Numbered from the stretch's first letter, positions 38,100-52,107 are shown. The stretch is DNA of 64,000 nt from Chiloscyllium plagiosum (GCF_004010195.1 NC_057719.1:17176893-17240892), one strand, 5' to 3'. Notes: generated from the sequence alone by a model not told the origin. Translations and numbers: made by a program.

Positions 38100-39055
38100 T
38101 TATGTAAAGTACAATTGCCATGCTCCGTGTATGTTTGAATGTTTTATTTGGAAATAAAATTCCTCTTAAAGGTACATTTTCATTTTCCACAGGGGAGATC
38201 TGATGAAAGTTGTATGAATTAATGTTAATCAATGATTTTTAGAATTTGAATGTTAACCAATGATATATGTGTATTGATTTATGTTTGTGAAGGGCTTTAA
38301 AAATTAGGGCAGTATTTTTGGAAACATGGTTTTAAACCAATATGTGCCTCCTGGAGTGTTAATGAAAATTTGCTTGTATCTTGAGGTTATGTCCAAAGGG
38401 AGAAAACATTAATCCATTAGATTAACAAGGGCTAGGATGAGCGATATCTTTTTTAAAAATGTAATTAAAAAGCTTTTGGTCAGTTTGAAAGAGAACTGTT
38501 GGAGTCAAAGCAAGTTTAGTCCCTCCTAGAAAAATGAGTTTGTTCCAAGCAATTAAGGAAATTGCTTACCTCAGAGGAATAATGTAGTTTCGGAAACATT
38601 CCAGACCAGGAGTGTTTGGTTAAAACTCGGCAAATTACTAAAAGGCTGAGAAAGTGTAAGCTCAGTGGTGAGTAATCACGGGAAAGGCCTCATATTTCAT
38701 AGAAATGGGTCTGAGATAAATCAGTCGAATCAAATCTACAGATTTGATAGGGAAATAATCTCTCTGGATTTGATAAATTATAAAGTGATGGTGTTGAGGA
38801 TAAATGGGATTTTGTTTCTGAGTGTTTGAAAATGTTTCAAAATGTCTTGTACATTGATAGCTTGGTTTGTTGTATTTTTGTTTCATTCATTCAATCAATT
38901 TCTGTTTTCTTGTTAAAATAAATCTGCAGCCTCGTGTTCTTATATTTCAGTAAAGAACCATAATATTCAAAAAAAAGACAAAATATGCTCTATCAAGCCA
39001 GATTTCATTCTGGGATCTGATTTATCCAATAATAACATTAGTTGGGATCATAACA
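38100..39055 (+). mobile_element. Probable solo LTR (decayed)
   Basis: Ends aataaa...gggatcataaca like 2190-2926. 5' boundary uncertain. Confidence 0.45.
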
Positions 39056-39212
39056 GAACACAAAAGTAGATCAACAGATCCAGTCAAAAGGCTGAATCCA
39101 ATAGCATAAGGTGATATACTGCAGTTGCTTGTAAAGAAAATCAACCAAGTAAAATTCATGTTACTAATTCCTCCACAAAACAGGGAAAGATACATTTCTG
39201 AATTTTTTAAAT

Positions 39213-39547
39213 AGAATTCTTATAGCGTGGAAACAGGCCCTTTAGCCCAACAAGTCCACACTGACCCTTCAAAGAGTAATCCAAACAGACCCATTCCCCT
39301 ACATTTACCCCAGACTAATGCACCTAACCTACACCTCTCCAAACACTACAGGCAATTTAGCATTGCCAATCCACCTAACCTGCACATCTTTGAATTGTGG
39401 GAGGAAACCAGACCATCCAGAGGAAACCCATGCAGACACGGAGAGAATATGCAAACTCCACACAGACGGTCACCGAGGTGGGAATCAAACCCAGGTCCCT
39501 GGCGCCGTGTGGCAACAGTGCTAACCACTGAACCACCATGCTGCCCC
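39213..39547 (-). mobile_element. HE1-type SINE, full length
   Basis: Reverse complement of the 12095-12437 family; minus strand starts ggggcagcatggtggttcagtggttagc. Confidence 0.9.
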
Positions 39548-39649
39548 AATGCCATTTATACACTGATTTTCCTGATCTCAGAATGTCTCAAACCACTTTA
39601 TACTCAATTAAGTACTTGTTAAAGTTAAACCAATTTTAATAACATAAGA

Positions 39650-39940
39650 AATATGGCAACCAATGTGCTCACAGCAAGTTCCCACCCCCAACAATGTGAC
39701 AATTACAATATTACCAGTTTTTTAACATTTTGATCACGTGAAAGATTTTGTCTGGGACTCCAGTCTTTAACATTCATCAAAGGTCTAGGTTTAATATCTC
39801 AATGAAAAGACAACACCTCTGACAATGCTGCACTCCCTCAGTAATACATTTGAGTGTCAAACTGGATATTTGCCTCAATGTATCAGAAGTGGCATTTGAA
39901 TCTACAACCTTCTAAAAGGGGCAAATAGATACCACAAGCT
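39650..39940 (-). mobile_element. Ancient tRNA-derived SINE (Deu-domain-like)
   Basis: ggtttaatatctcaatgaaaagacaacacctctgacaatgctgcactccctcagta...tttgaatctacaaccttct. Related pieces at ~31030, ~32590-32820 and ~50700. Confidence 0.55.
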
Positions 39941-40369
39941 TGACAAACATGTCAGAACAGCAAAATCAATTAAATATTCCCACATTGCAATGCATGTTCT
40001 GACTTGCACAAAACTGCATTAAAACAAGGTTGCACTATCAGAAGAACTTAAGGAATTTTGACTGTTTGAAATGGATTCCAATCTGATGATCTCAGTCAGG
40101 CTCACAGTCAGTAATTAATGGCTCTGTTTTGAATTTACAGAATAGCAAGTAATGACAGAGTTTCAGTTCTTAGTGGACCCCATTCGAAATAATCACCCTT
40201 TTCGATTCAAATTGCAGAAGCTTCATCAAGTGTATTTCTTACAGGTGTCCATGTGGGGCGTTACTTAACATCTGACTGTGGTGAAGCAGTAAAAGATCCT
40301 ACCTCAATGTACATCTCTGTGACAATTAGTTCCTATCTCCTTACGAGTAGTGTAAAAATCTAACAATAT

Positions 40370-40590
40370 TTGCTGCAAGCTGAACATCATCCTGGCCTCA
40401 TACTATATCATCATTCCGTCAGTCTCAAGGTGAAAATCTGCAACTCCCTTCCTAACAGCATCGAGGGGGGGAATCCCTATAACCCAAGGACTGCAGTGGT
40501 TCAAGAAAGCAGCTCACCACCACCTTTCAGGGGTGAGTAATAAATTCTGGCCAAGCCAGGATGCTGACATCCCCCTGACAAATACAAAAA
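40370..40590 (+). mobile_element. CR1/L2-type LINE 3' end
   Basis: ggactgcagtggttcaagaaagcagctcaccaccacctt...aataaattctggcc, as at 28550-28630. Confidence 0.7.
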
Positions 40591-42300
40591 AGTCGAAGGT
40601 GCTGTTAGCAAATGAAATGTATGGCCCAGATGACCATTATCTAATTAAGGCAATTAACTCACAGGTAGGCAGTTATCCAAGAATTTGCCAGACAGTAGGC
40701 CACCTCAGGATTAGACTTGACCTCACAACGTGAAAATCCTTGATGAATGTACCCCTTATCCATGTCAACATAAAATCTGTTTTGGCTCAGTCTTGGGACT
40801 TTTTCTTTTCTCCCAAAGTGTCTCCAGGGCAGTAAAACATGAAACTAGTATTAAGTCAGGAAAATTACCAAGTGCAACAGAGAAAAATGCAAAAACTGAA
40901 AACCCATAATTTGATGATGGCAATAATAAACATTACAGTGCGTGTTTATTATGGGGTTCTATGCACCGTTATCCATTTTAGCACTTGGCTTCGCCTTATG
41001 CCAGAACACACACTGGTGTACAAAAACCCACAACAAATGCATACCTCCTCATTCATTATTGTTTAATTATACACCAGCAGTTTAAGCCTGAGATCAGGCA
41101 GACAGTGAATATGTGAGTCCCTTTGCCCTTGCAAGCCACTGCCTTCAGTATTCAGCCCATCTGCTCCAGAAAACACAAATGTATTTATATTTTGCCAGAT
41201 CAGATGGAGGTAATTTTGGAAGAAGAGACACTTGAAACAGTTAAACATTAGCAAACTATTCAGACTTGGCAAACCCCCTTTAAGGGAAAACTTCATTTTA
41301 ATTGAATGTAATGCTTTGAGGGGCTTTAATACACAAACACACATACATTTACTGACGCAGATCAGTAGCAATAAATATTCAGACATGTTTGGTCTTCAGA
41401 TTTGGGAGGTCCAGGTGGTGATGCTCCTAATCTCTATCCAAATTTCATAATTTAAAAGATGATTGAACCAGTGCCTCCATTTGATCATCTTGCTTCAGAC
41501 CCACCAGTAAAACATTAGAGATTATACACAAGCACCACATTAGAATACCAGAGATGCATTCACATATTACCTTGGATTTTGATGTAGCCTTGTTATTTTA
41601 ACAAGTTTACTTGTGTGTGATGGTCCTAGTCTTTCACCCCTCCACCCTCACTATTTCCTCCCACCAGACTGCCACAAGGCCATGTCACTGTATCATCTTG
41701 CCATGGATACAATAGCATCAACAGACCACCAGTAGTCTATGGGCACACCCACCTAGACCACCAAGGGAAAAGATGAATAGCCACTCCACAGACCACCAGA
41801 ACAAATGGATGGAAATTTGAAAACCACCATGAGAAACAGACACCGAGCATCAAACCAGTAATGAGACATGTGAAATATTAATCCATCTACCGCTAGAAAT
41901 TTCTCCCAGATACATGCAACCACTAACACAGTGAATGAAACAGGGTCACACTTTCACAGAGAGAAATGTAGAGGTTTTAATATGAGGCGAGACTTTCTGA
42001 AACACATGGGATTCTGAGCTGATCTAAAAACAACCAGATTTATGTTCCACCTAAAGATGTTGAGAAGAGTCACAGTGCAATGCAGACCTTCGGTCATGTC
42101 ACATCGTTGCATGGTCCAGTGTGTTTGCTTTCCTACAAATTGTCCCTTCAAAGACTTTTCAAAGAGTTACTGCTTTACAATTTATGTATCTCTGTGCACA
42201 CAACAGATCTGCTCCAACAAGTGTGACATGTAGAACATTTACTTCACGTAGAAACAGCAGAATCAATTATCATCTAAAGCTGCTAATTCAGTTGCCATGA

Positions 42301-42627
42301 GGTGGCATGGTGGCTCAGTGGTTAGCACTGCTGCCCCACAGTGCCAGGGACCTGGGTTCGATTTCAGCCTTGGGTAACTGTCTGTGTGGATTTCCTCCCA
42401 GTGCTCTGGTTTCCTCCCGTAGTCCAAGGATGTGCAGGTTAGGTGGCTTGGCCATGCTAAATTGCCTATAGTGTCCAGGGATGTATAGGATAGGTAGAAT
42501 GACCATGGGAAATGTGGTGTTACAGGGAGAGGGAACGAATTAGTTCTGGGTGGGATGCACTTTGGAGAATCGATGTGGACTCAATAGGCCAAATGGCCTT
42601 TTTACACACTGTAGGGATTGTATGATT
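42301..42627 (+). mobile_element. HE1-type SINE with internal deletion
   Basis: ggtggcatggtggctcagtggttagc, ggttcgattt, tail gtagggattgtatgatt. Confidence 0.9.
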
Positions 42628-43329
42628 GCAGTACACTTCAATTTGATGCTGAAAATGGAAGGTAAATCCACTAACAAGAATAATATACAAATGTTATGTG
42701 AAGAACAAATAGGTTGTGTGTTCTCTTCACTAGATTGCATGTGACTGTATGAATCCACCTGCTTTAATTCTGCCCATTGTTTGTGTCCTCACTACTTGAG
42801 TGTGATCAATTAGTCCCACTCCTTTTCCACAAAGCCCTGGCAAATGATTCTCATCACATAAGTATTGTATTTTGTTCTGAAAGTTTCCATCAAACACATT
42901 TCCTTTACCCTTTCAGTCAGTGCTTGTTCATGCAATGAACTGATCCAAATACAATTACAGAAAAGAGCGACATGTTGCTGAAGCTTTCCACTCTCATTAC
43001 ACTCACTAGAACAAACACTAGAATGGCAAATTTCAAAGATTCACAAGAATTTATGCTACAGCAGAAAATAATAAAAGTACCAACTATATTAAACCAGCCC
43101 GTGCTTGCAAACTCCAAAAGAAAATGCTTGTTGTTCGATGCTCTTCAGCATTTGGGAAGCATTTGCTAAAGAATCTTGAGTGCGGTAATTGATACACTAA
43201 TGTTCAATTGAGGATGAACACTCGAGCTCAAAGCATGGATCATTTTTGCTTGCTAGATGCAGTGACCCATTGACTGCAAGCAAAAGGAATATATCCAAGC
43301 TTTGGCCTTTTATTAATGATGTGGAAACA

Positions 43330-46270
43330 TAGATATATGGAATTAGGAGAAAGAGTGGACCACTCAGCTCTTTGGGCCTGCTCCCAATACAATATTCAAT
43401 ACTATTTTCTGATTCTCTTTCTGAATGCCATATTCCCAGTTCCTTTCCATATCTCTGGATGCCTATAGTATCTGAACATCTATCCTCAGTGACTTGAACT
43501 GTGGTATCAAATTCCACAGGTTGACCCCCTGCTGAATGAAGAATTGTTTCCGCATTTCAAATATGGCCTACCCCATATTCTGAGATTGTCATCCCTGGTT
43601 CTAGACTCCCCAACTAAGGGAAACATCTAGTCTGTCTAGCCCTGTTAGAATTTTATATTCTTCAACTGAATCCTATCTTGTTCTACTAAACACTGGTGAA
43701 TACATGCCTGGTCGAACAAATATCTTCTCAAATAGCAGTACTGCCATCCCTGATATCAGCCTAGTGAACATTCACTGTACTCCCTCTATGGCAAGTATAT
43801 TCTCTCTTTGGTAGGAAAATCAAAACAACACACAATACCCCAAATGTGTTCTTGCCCAGGTCCTGTCTAACTGCAGTAAGACAGCCCTACTTCTGAACTC
43901 AAATCCTCTTGCAATGAAGGACAACATAACTTTTGCCTTCCTAATTGCTTGCTGCAACTGCTTGTTTACTTTCATTTATTGGTGTACAAGGACAGCCAGA
44001 TTCCTTTGAATGTCACATTTTCCAATGTATCCCCACTTAAATAATATTCTGTCCATCTGTTTTATGACCACAGTGTTTAACAGTTATCCACATTATACTG
44101 CATCTGCCATGACACTCAACTGATCACCCTGAAACCTCCTTGTGTCCCAACTCACAATCCTATCTGGTTCAGTGTCATCAGCATACATGGAAATGTTGCA
44201 TTTGATTCCCTCATCCAAGTCATTTATGTATATTATGAATAGCTTGGGTCTAAGCTCTAGGTGGCACGGTGGCTCAGTGATTAGCACTGCTGCCCACAGT
44301 GCCAGGGACCCGCATTCAATTCCAGCCTCGGGCGAATGTCTGTGTGGAGTTTGGACATTCTCCCCATGTCTGTGTGGGTTACCTCCGGGTGTTCCGGATT
44401 CCTCCCACAGTCCAGGTTAGATGAATTGGCCATACTAAATTGCCCATAGAGTCCAGGGATGTGTAGATTAGCTGCATTAGTTTGGGGGGTGGGGGGGGGA
44501 ATGTATAAGTAATCGGGTAGTGGAATGGATCTAGGTGGGTTACTGTTTGGAGGGTTGGTGTGGACCTGGTGGGTCAAACAGCCTGTTTCCACATTGTAGG
44601 GATTCTATGATCCTTGCAATACAGTGTGAGTCACCATATGCTACCCTTCAATAGAATCACTAATTCCCTACCTCTGGTGCTGGTCAGTCAAACAATTCTA
44701 AATGCATGCCAATATATTACCCAATCCCATGCGCTTCAATTTTGCAGAATAGCCTCTTATGTCATTAGCAAAAGGCTCTTCAAATCCAAATACTCTACAC
44801 CCAACAGTTCCCCTTTATCTATTCTTCTATTTGCCTCCTCAAGAAACTCCAGAAGATTAGTTGAGCATGATTTTCCTTTCACAAACCTATGCTAACTTTG
44901 TCTAATCATGTTAATGCATTCCTAGTGTTCTGCTGTTGTGTCTTTTATAACAGATTCTAGCTTTCTTTCCCCACTACTGATTTTGGCTTAACTATTTTGT
45001 AATACTTTGTTTTGTCCACCTTCTCTTTCGCTTTCAAACAGTTTGTTTACATTTGCCACCCTCCAATTCATGGAAACTGCTCCAATTTTGGAAGATGATC
45101 ACCAATGAATGAAATATTTTGGGGCAACTTGCTTTAGAACTTTGGGATGTGGATTATCAGGCACTGGTGATTTGTCAACTTTAAACCCCATGAATTTCTC
45201 TAGCACCATTTCTACCAATATTAATACTGATTTCCTTCAATTCTGCCTTCTGATGAGCGTTTTGATTCCCTGACATTTCTTGGAAATTGTTTGTGTCCTC
45301 TTTTGTGAAGACAGAACTAAAATATGCATTCAATTCTCCTGTTATTTCTTCATTTCCCTCATCATCATTTCCCTCATTTCTGACTGTAATGGACCCACAT
45401 TTGTCTTTATTAGTTGTGTTCTATTCACATTTTTATAAAAGCTTTTACAGTCAGTTTATATGTTACTTGCAAGTTGACTCTTACATTGTATTTTCTCCTT
45501 TTTATCAGTTGTTTTGTCCTCTTTTGATGAATTCTAAATTGCTCCCAGTCCTCAGGCCTTAATGCTTTTCCTGCTAATATTAATGTGTCTCCTCCTTGGA
45601 TTTAATATTATCATTAATTTCCTCTGTAAACCGTGGTTGAGCCATATTTCCTGATTGGTTTTGAACCAGTTGGTATGATTAATTACTGTAATTCTTGTTT
45701 ATGCAACTTAAATATTAGCCAATGCCCATCCGCTGTTAAACCATTTAGTAAGGTTCCCCAATCTGTCATTACCAACTTGCACCTTAGACCCTTATAACTC
45801 CCTTTATTTAGATTCACAACTCAAGTTTCACATTCAACTTATTAACTTTCCATCTTAATAAATAATTCTATCATTTTATGGTCACTCTTCTCCAATGGAC
45901 CACACATAACATAATTGTTAATTAATCCTTTCTTCTTGCACAATATCCTATCTGGGACAGCCTGAACTCCAGTGGGTTCCTCAATGTATTGGTCTAATAA
46001 ACCATCAAACATACACTCCAGGAAATCCTTCTCCACAGTAGTATTGCTAGTTTGGTTTGTCCAATTTATATGTAGATTTAAGTCACCCATGATTACAATC
46101 AGACCCTTAGTGCGTGAATATCTAATCACCTGTTTAATACCTTCCCTTACATTGCCGCTACATTTTGAGGCCTTTAGACCACAACATTTTACACTCCTTG
46201 GAACCCCCTATCTTGATCCGTAAGGATTCCATTTCATGACTTTTAAAGCTAATATCCTTCCTAACTATTG
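43330..46270 (-). mobile_element. Decayed CR1 LINE ORF2 (APE to 3' end), split by a SINE
   Basis: Minus ORFs IVIMGDLN, DQYIEEPT, KSDHKMI (APE) and LFIIYINDLDEGIKCNISMYADD (RT). LINE tail near 43330-43400. Confidence 0.85.
44260..44611 (+). mobile_element. HE1-type SINE nested in the CR1 LINE
   Basis: ggtggcacggtggctcagtgattagc ... gtagggattctatga. Interrupts the GVPQGSVLGP region of the host LINE. Confidence 0.9.
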
Positions 46271-46324
46271 CATTGAATGCCCTTTACTAAAAATGTTACC
46301 CTACCTTCGCCAAAAAAAGGTTTT

Positions 46325-46635
46325 TTTTGTTAAATCATCGGATGTGGACATCTCTGGCTAAGCCAAGATTTCTTCCCCATCCCTCAATGCTCAGAATGGA
46401 GTTAAGAGCCAAGCACATTGCTGTAGGTCTGTAGTCACATGTAGGCCAGACTAGGTAAGGATGACAGATTTCCTTACCTAAAGAACATTAGTGATCCAGA
46501 TGTTTTTTTTCCAACAATCAGCAATAGTTTAATGGCCATCATTAAACTCTTAATTCAAGATTTTCTTTGATTACAACTACCACCATCTGCCATGTTGGAT
46601 TTGAACCCATCTCCCCAGAACATTAGCTGAGTTTG
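46325..46635 (-). mobile_element. Old SINE-like repeat
   Basis: Same family as 32820-33160 and 36710-37100. Confidence 0.6.
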
Positions 46636-47156
46636 GGGAGCCTATACTGCTCTGCTGCTTTATTCATGGCAAGGACTCTGATGATCAAAGTTTACTTATC
46701 AAGCAATCAGCACCCTTCTCTCGTTGTATAAACTGCTATGATCATGTAAAAGTTGGCATTCGTGTGAGTGTATGATGAAAAGCTTAAGCCACACAGCTCT
46801 TCTCTTCAACAATATTAAAGGTCTGTAAGTACCAAGCAACTTACCAAACTTAACTTTTGTAAATTTATATTTTAAAGTTAGTTTTTAATTCACAGTTAGT
46901 AAAGATTTCTCTGAAAATGAAAAAAAACTCAATCTTCATTCTTTCCACAATTCACATACCATGCCTTCAAACCCTTCAGTATCTGATGACCCACAATGAC
47001 ACTTGTATGTAGTTGTTGTCATGTTGTACTGTCAGAAACCCATTATCCTATCAAAGCCACTTGAATATTCCACCTGAAGTTATTATAATGGCATAAGGAG
47101 CATCTGACACAGGTGCAGAGGTGGACAACAAACTGGTCATGTTTGCACAAGTTTCA

Positions 47157-48210
47157 AGAGGGTGGTGGTGGTGGAGGGTTGTTTTTCAGACTGGAGGCCT
47201 GTGACCAGTGGAGTGCTGGGCCCTTTACTTTTTGTCATTTACATAAATGATTTGGATGCGAGCATAAGAGGTACAGTTAGTAGGTTTGCAGACGACACCA
47301 AAATTGGAGGTGTAGTGGACAGAGAAGAGGGTTACCTCAGATTACAACAGGATCTGGACCAGATGGGCCAATGGGCTGAGAAGTGACAGATGAATTTAAT
47401 TCAGATAAATGTGAGGTGCTGTATTTTGGGAAAGCAAATCTTAGCAGGACTTATACACTTAATGGTAAGGTCCTAGGGAGTGTTGCTAAACAAAGAGACC
47501 TTGGAGTGCAATTTCATAGCTCCTTGAAAGTGGAGTCGCAGGTAGATAGGATAGTGAAGAAGGCGTTTGGTATGCTTTCCTTTATTGGTCAGAGTATTGA
47601 GTACAGGAGTTGGGAGGTCATGTTGCGGCTGTACAGGATATTGGTTAGGACGCTGTTGGAATATTGCGTGCAATTCTGGTCTCCTTCCTATCGGAAAGAT
47701 GTTGAGAAACTTGAAAGGGTTCAGAAAAGATTTACAAGGATGTTGCCAGGGTTGGAGGATCTGAGCTACAGGGAGAGGCTGAACAGGCTGGGGCTGTTTT
47801 CCCTGGAACGTCAGAGGCTGAGGGGTGACCTTATAGAGGTTTACAAAATTATGAGGGGCATAGATAGGATAAATATACAAAGTCTTTTCCCTGGGGTCAG
47901 GGAGTCCAGAACTAGAGGGCATAGGTTTAGGGTGAGAGGGGAAAGATATAAAAGAGACCTAAGGGGCAACGTTTTCATGGAGAGGGTGGTACGTGTATGG
48001 AATGAGCTGCCAGAGGATGTGGTGGAGGCTGGTACAATTGCAACATTTAAGAGGCATTTGGATGAGTATATGAATAGGGAGGGTTTGGAGGGATATGGGC
48101 CGGTTACTGGCAGGTGGGACTAGATTGGGTTGGGATATCTGGTCAGCATGGACGGGTTGGACTGAAGGGTCTGTTTCCATGCTGTACATCTCTATGACTT
48201 TATGACTCTA
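47157..48210 (+). mobile_element. HER1/CR1 LINE, 5'-truncated, relatively young
   Basis: ORFs 47162-47386 (FADD) and 47383-48123 (RT C-terminus, LEYCVQFWSP). Tail tctctatgactttatgactcta. Confidence 0.95.
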
Positions 48211-48454
48211 TACTCCGGTCTGAAAGAATACCACTACATAGAAACAGGGGATCCTGACACCAACACGTCTCCCCCTCTAACTTCAAATCATTCGGTTCTT
48301 GCTAATGTTGATCTTGCCTAGTGCACGCCCTATGCAACATAACCTGCATGCCTCTGTCTAAGTATTGTTTCACTCTATGATCTCAATGTCCTTGCTTACT
48401 ATGATCTATCTATACTGCTCATAAACAGAAGTTTTCACTGTCCTTAGGTACACA

Positions 48455-48780
48455 TTAGATTAGATTAGTTAGATTCCCTACAGTATAGAAACAAGCCCTT
48501 CGATCCTACCAGTCCACATCAACATTCCGAAGAGTAACCCACCCAAACCCATTTCCCTCTAATTAATTGACCTAACACTATGGGCAATTTAGCCTGACAA
48601 ATTCACCTGTTCTGCACATCTTTGGACTGTGGGAGGAAACTGGAGTACCCGGAGGAAACCCACGCAGACACAGGGAAAATGTGCAAACTCCACACAGACA
48701 GTAACCCGAGGCTGGAATCGAACTTGGGACCCTGGTTCTGTGAGGCAGCAGTGGTAACCACTGAGCCACTGTGCCGCCGC
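48455..48780 (-). mobile_element. HE1-type SINE with (TAATC)n-type tail
   Basis: Minus strand starts gcggcggcacagtggctcagtgg. Tail ttagattagattagttagatt. Confidence 0.9.
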
Positions 48781-48884
48781 TAAATGACAATACATAAATC
48801 AGATCTGGTGCAAGAAGTGATAGTGCTCTGTGACCACCTTTCTGATGAGTTACAAATGATGCACACAACACTTGTGGGTAAGTA

Positions 48885-49495
48885 AAGGCTTTATTGGACA
48901 GACAATTGAGGATAGGAGTTGGGAGGTCATGTTGCAGCTGTACCAAACATTGGTTAGGCCACTTTTGGAATATTGCACGAAATTCTGGTCTCCTTCCTAT
49001 TGGAACGATGTTGTGAAACTTGAATGGGTTCAGAAAAGATTTACAAGGATGTTGCCAGGGTTGGAGGATTTGAGCTATAGGGAGAGGCTTAATAGGCTGG
49101 GGCTGTTTTCCGTGGAGCGTCAGAGGCTGAGGGGTGACCTTAAAGAGGTTTATAAAATCATGAGGGGCATGGATAGGATAAATAGACAAAGTCTTTTCCC
49201 TGGTGTGGGGAGTCCAGAATTAGAAGGTATAGGTTCAGGGTGAGAGGGGAAAGATATAAAACAGACCTAAGGGGCTACACATATGGAATGAGCTGCCAGA
49301 AGAAGTGGTGGAGACTCGTACAATTGCACCATTTAAAAGACATCTGGATGGGTATATGAATAGGAAGGGTTTGGAGGGATATGGGCCAGGTGGTGGCAGG
49401 TGGGACGAGGTTGGTTTGGGATATCTGGTCGGCTGGACGGGTTGGACCGAAGGGTCGATTTCCATGCTATACATCTCTGTGCCTATCTCACTCTA
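48885..49495 (+). mobile_element. HER1/CR1 LINE 3' fragment
   Basis: Homologous to 47578-48200; ORF 48872-49243. Confidence 0.95.
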
Positions 49496-50694
49496 AGCCC
49501 CCTCATGGAACCCTTGCTGGATAAGACGACCTGCTGATACCCTTCTCTTGCCTCCCCGCCTCACTCTCTGTAAGTAGCTTGTTTCCTTATTTGCGGTCTC
49601 TTTCCCATCTCCCTCTCATGCTGCAGTTCGAGGGGAGAACAGATCATCACTGTGCTAGCCATGATTTGGAGTGAACATGTGTCCAAAGCCCTTGTAGCTC
49701 AAAGCTAGCAACCTCCCCTTTACAACATCACTTCCTACAAACTTTGCCAATTGTAGCTAATTCCTCCAAAATCATCAAGCGCTTCCATCTAGACCTGAAG
49801 ACACATGATTGAAAGTGATCATCAATGAATCTGTGAAGTGCTGATTGTGGTGTTCTCGTGGTGCAATGTCACTACGTCTGGGCCAGAGGCCCTGGGTTCA
49901 AGTCCCACGTGCTCCAGAGTTGTGTAAGAACACTTCTGAACAGCTTGATTCAAAACAGCTAAAATGTCCATGATCAAGTGCAGCGACAGAGAGATCCCTT
50001 CAGCTTCTGAAGGCATGATTGGCTGTGTTTTGTTTTAAGAGATGGTGTTAATTTGAGCAGCAAGGTCCCGAATGGCAGCTTTAGACCATGACAGACTTCA
50101 CCTTTTGTCTAATGGACCTACATCCAGCCCATTCAGACTCACACCCTTAGCACAGACTGTGTCAGATAATACTCCCTATTATAATGTAGAGTGGGAACAT
50201 ATGGAGATTATTTTAGTACAAAGATATGGAGTTGAATTTTGCAACCTTAGATTCTCCTTCCAAAGGACACAGTCAGCTACCCAAAGGAATGCTGCACTTC
50301 CACTAAAGATAAAACGTACTTTTATTGGTATTCCACAACATAAATTACATTCTAGTGGATTGACAAAGACAGAATTCTCAAGACGCTTAGCCCTGGCAGA
50401 GAGATAATCTGATGACCTCACAAATCCCAGTTTGAACACTTATGAACTAAACATTGCAAAGCAATATTGTATGTAATCTCTCCGACTGAAAAGGCAATAT
50501 CTAACCTCCACAGTGAGGAAATAACCTCCCAGGAATCTACCATGTTATCCAATAAGAAATGTCACACTTAACTGATACATTATGCCGGGGCCATTGTTTG
50601 GGTGCCACTACCTTGCTCATGGGATTGGTTTCTGTCTTGGTCTCTGATATGCACAATTCCTCAAAATGTTGTAACCCTATAAATGAGACAAAAA

Positions 50695-50960
50695 TAATTT
50701 GCATCTATATAGCATCTTTAACAATCTCAGATTATCCCAAAGTGCTTTGTGACCGATGAAGTATTTGTGAAGAATACTCCCTATTATAATGTAGAGAATG
50801 TGCAAACAGTAAGTCTGAAATAGCAGCAAAGCAAATGGTCAGCTATTGTCTCGAGGGAAATTAGCTAAGGGATCAATATAAGCCAGAGAACCCCTTGCCC
50901 AAAATTAAAAATATCATGGGATCCATCCACAAGGTGGCACATCCTACAAATATCATTGTT
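50695..50960 (-). mobile_element. Ancient SINE 3' part (Deu-like)
   Basis: ttgcatctatatagcatctttaac...cccaaagtgcttt...gatgaagtattt, like ~31030-31100. Confidence 0.5.
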
Positions 50961-51727
50961 CGACATTTGTACCCAATCCAACACTAAACTGGGGTCGGGG
51001 TTGAGGAGGGAGAGAGGGAGGGGTGTGGTGCTGGTAATATCTAAACTATCATTCCCCTATTCAGTTGTGCTTGTTACCTAAACAAAAGTGAACGCTGCAT
51101 TCCCATTGGAATTTGAAGTTAAAACGATGAAGTGGAAAATTAGTATTGTGTGATTTCGCATAATGTGGGGACTTCTGACCGGGTACCAGGCTGCTTAAGG
51201 CTTGGAAGCATGACAGATTCAGACAGGTCTGGGCCTGCCATGCCAGGCTCTCACCTGGGGCCCTGAGCAGATTATTCATCTCAACAGGTTTCACAGGATC
51301 AGTGGGGAATGCCAAGTTAACTGTTTACTACCACCAAGGGCTATACCCATTCCCTGACGTCTGGAACACAAATGTCTTCCAGACAAAACTAGGAAGCAGT
51401 TAGGAGGAGGAGCCAAAATGTGGTCTTTCACAAATGTTTGTGAGACTTTTAAACATCCCATCACGTCCCTCTCCCCCAGCCCCCCACCACTCCATGTGCC
51501 ATTCCAACAATAAGCAATGGCCATGCAGTAAGACAACACAAACCATTGCCAGATTAATTGAGAGCCTCCTTTTCGACAAATTCTGCCTTTTTCCAGCAAA
51601 GATATCTTAAAGTCTCACAAGGGTCTATCATATCACCTTCATTTACTGTTCTAACTTTTGATACTCACTGCTATGTCCTAGCAATACTCACAGCAATGAC
51701 TCCAATCCAGAGTCAGTGCTAAGCAGG

Positions 51728-51917
51728 AGAAAGTGAGGATTGCAGGTGCTGGAGATTAGAGTCGAGAGTGTGGTGTTGGAAAAGCACAGCAGGTCAGATA
51801 GCATCCGAGGAGCAGGAGAATCAATGTTTTGGACATAAGCCCTGATGAAGAATTCATGCTCGAAACATCGACTCTCCTGCTCCTTGGATGCTGCCTGACC
51901 AGCGCCACACTCTCGAT
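51728..51917. mobile_element. PLE family-1 palindromic mini-element with hammerhead core
   Basis: Tail on the left and inverted arms. CTGATGA (51842) ...CTC-GAAA-CATC. TSD tcagtgc(t/a)aag(c/t)agg at 51713-51727 and 51918-51932. Confidence 0.85.
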
Positions 51918-52107
51918 TCAGTGCAAAGTAGGGCAATTTCACAGGGTGACAATCAGCCAAAAGGTCCTTCTCCCCATGTGACCATTCACTGGTCCCTGCT
52001 GGTACCTCCAGGTCACAATTTGGCAAAGGGAACTCCACCCACAGGGATGCGGTGCAAAAGAAAAATCATATTAATTACTTTTACCTTATTATATAATTCA
52101 TTCATAC

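Noticed and set aside
41721-41860. CRISPR-like array
   Set aside because: The repeats are only 7-8 bp, the context is vertebrate, and there are no cas genes.
46700-46830. Additional old hammerhead-bearing element (gagtgtatgatgaaaagctt)
   Set aside because: Too degenerate: no intact CUGANGA box and no TSD.
47383-48123. 246-aa ORF as a host gene
   Set aside because: It is the C-terminus of CR1/HER1 ORF2 in a 5'-truncated copy with no endonuclease.
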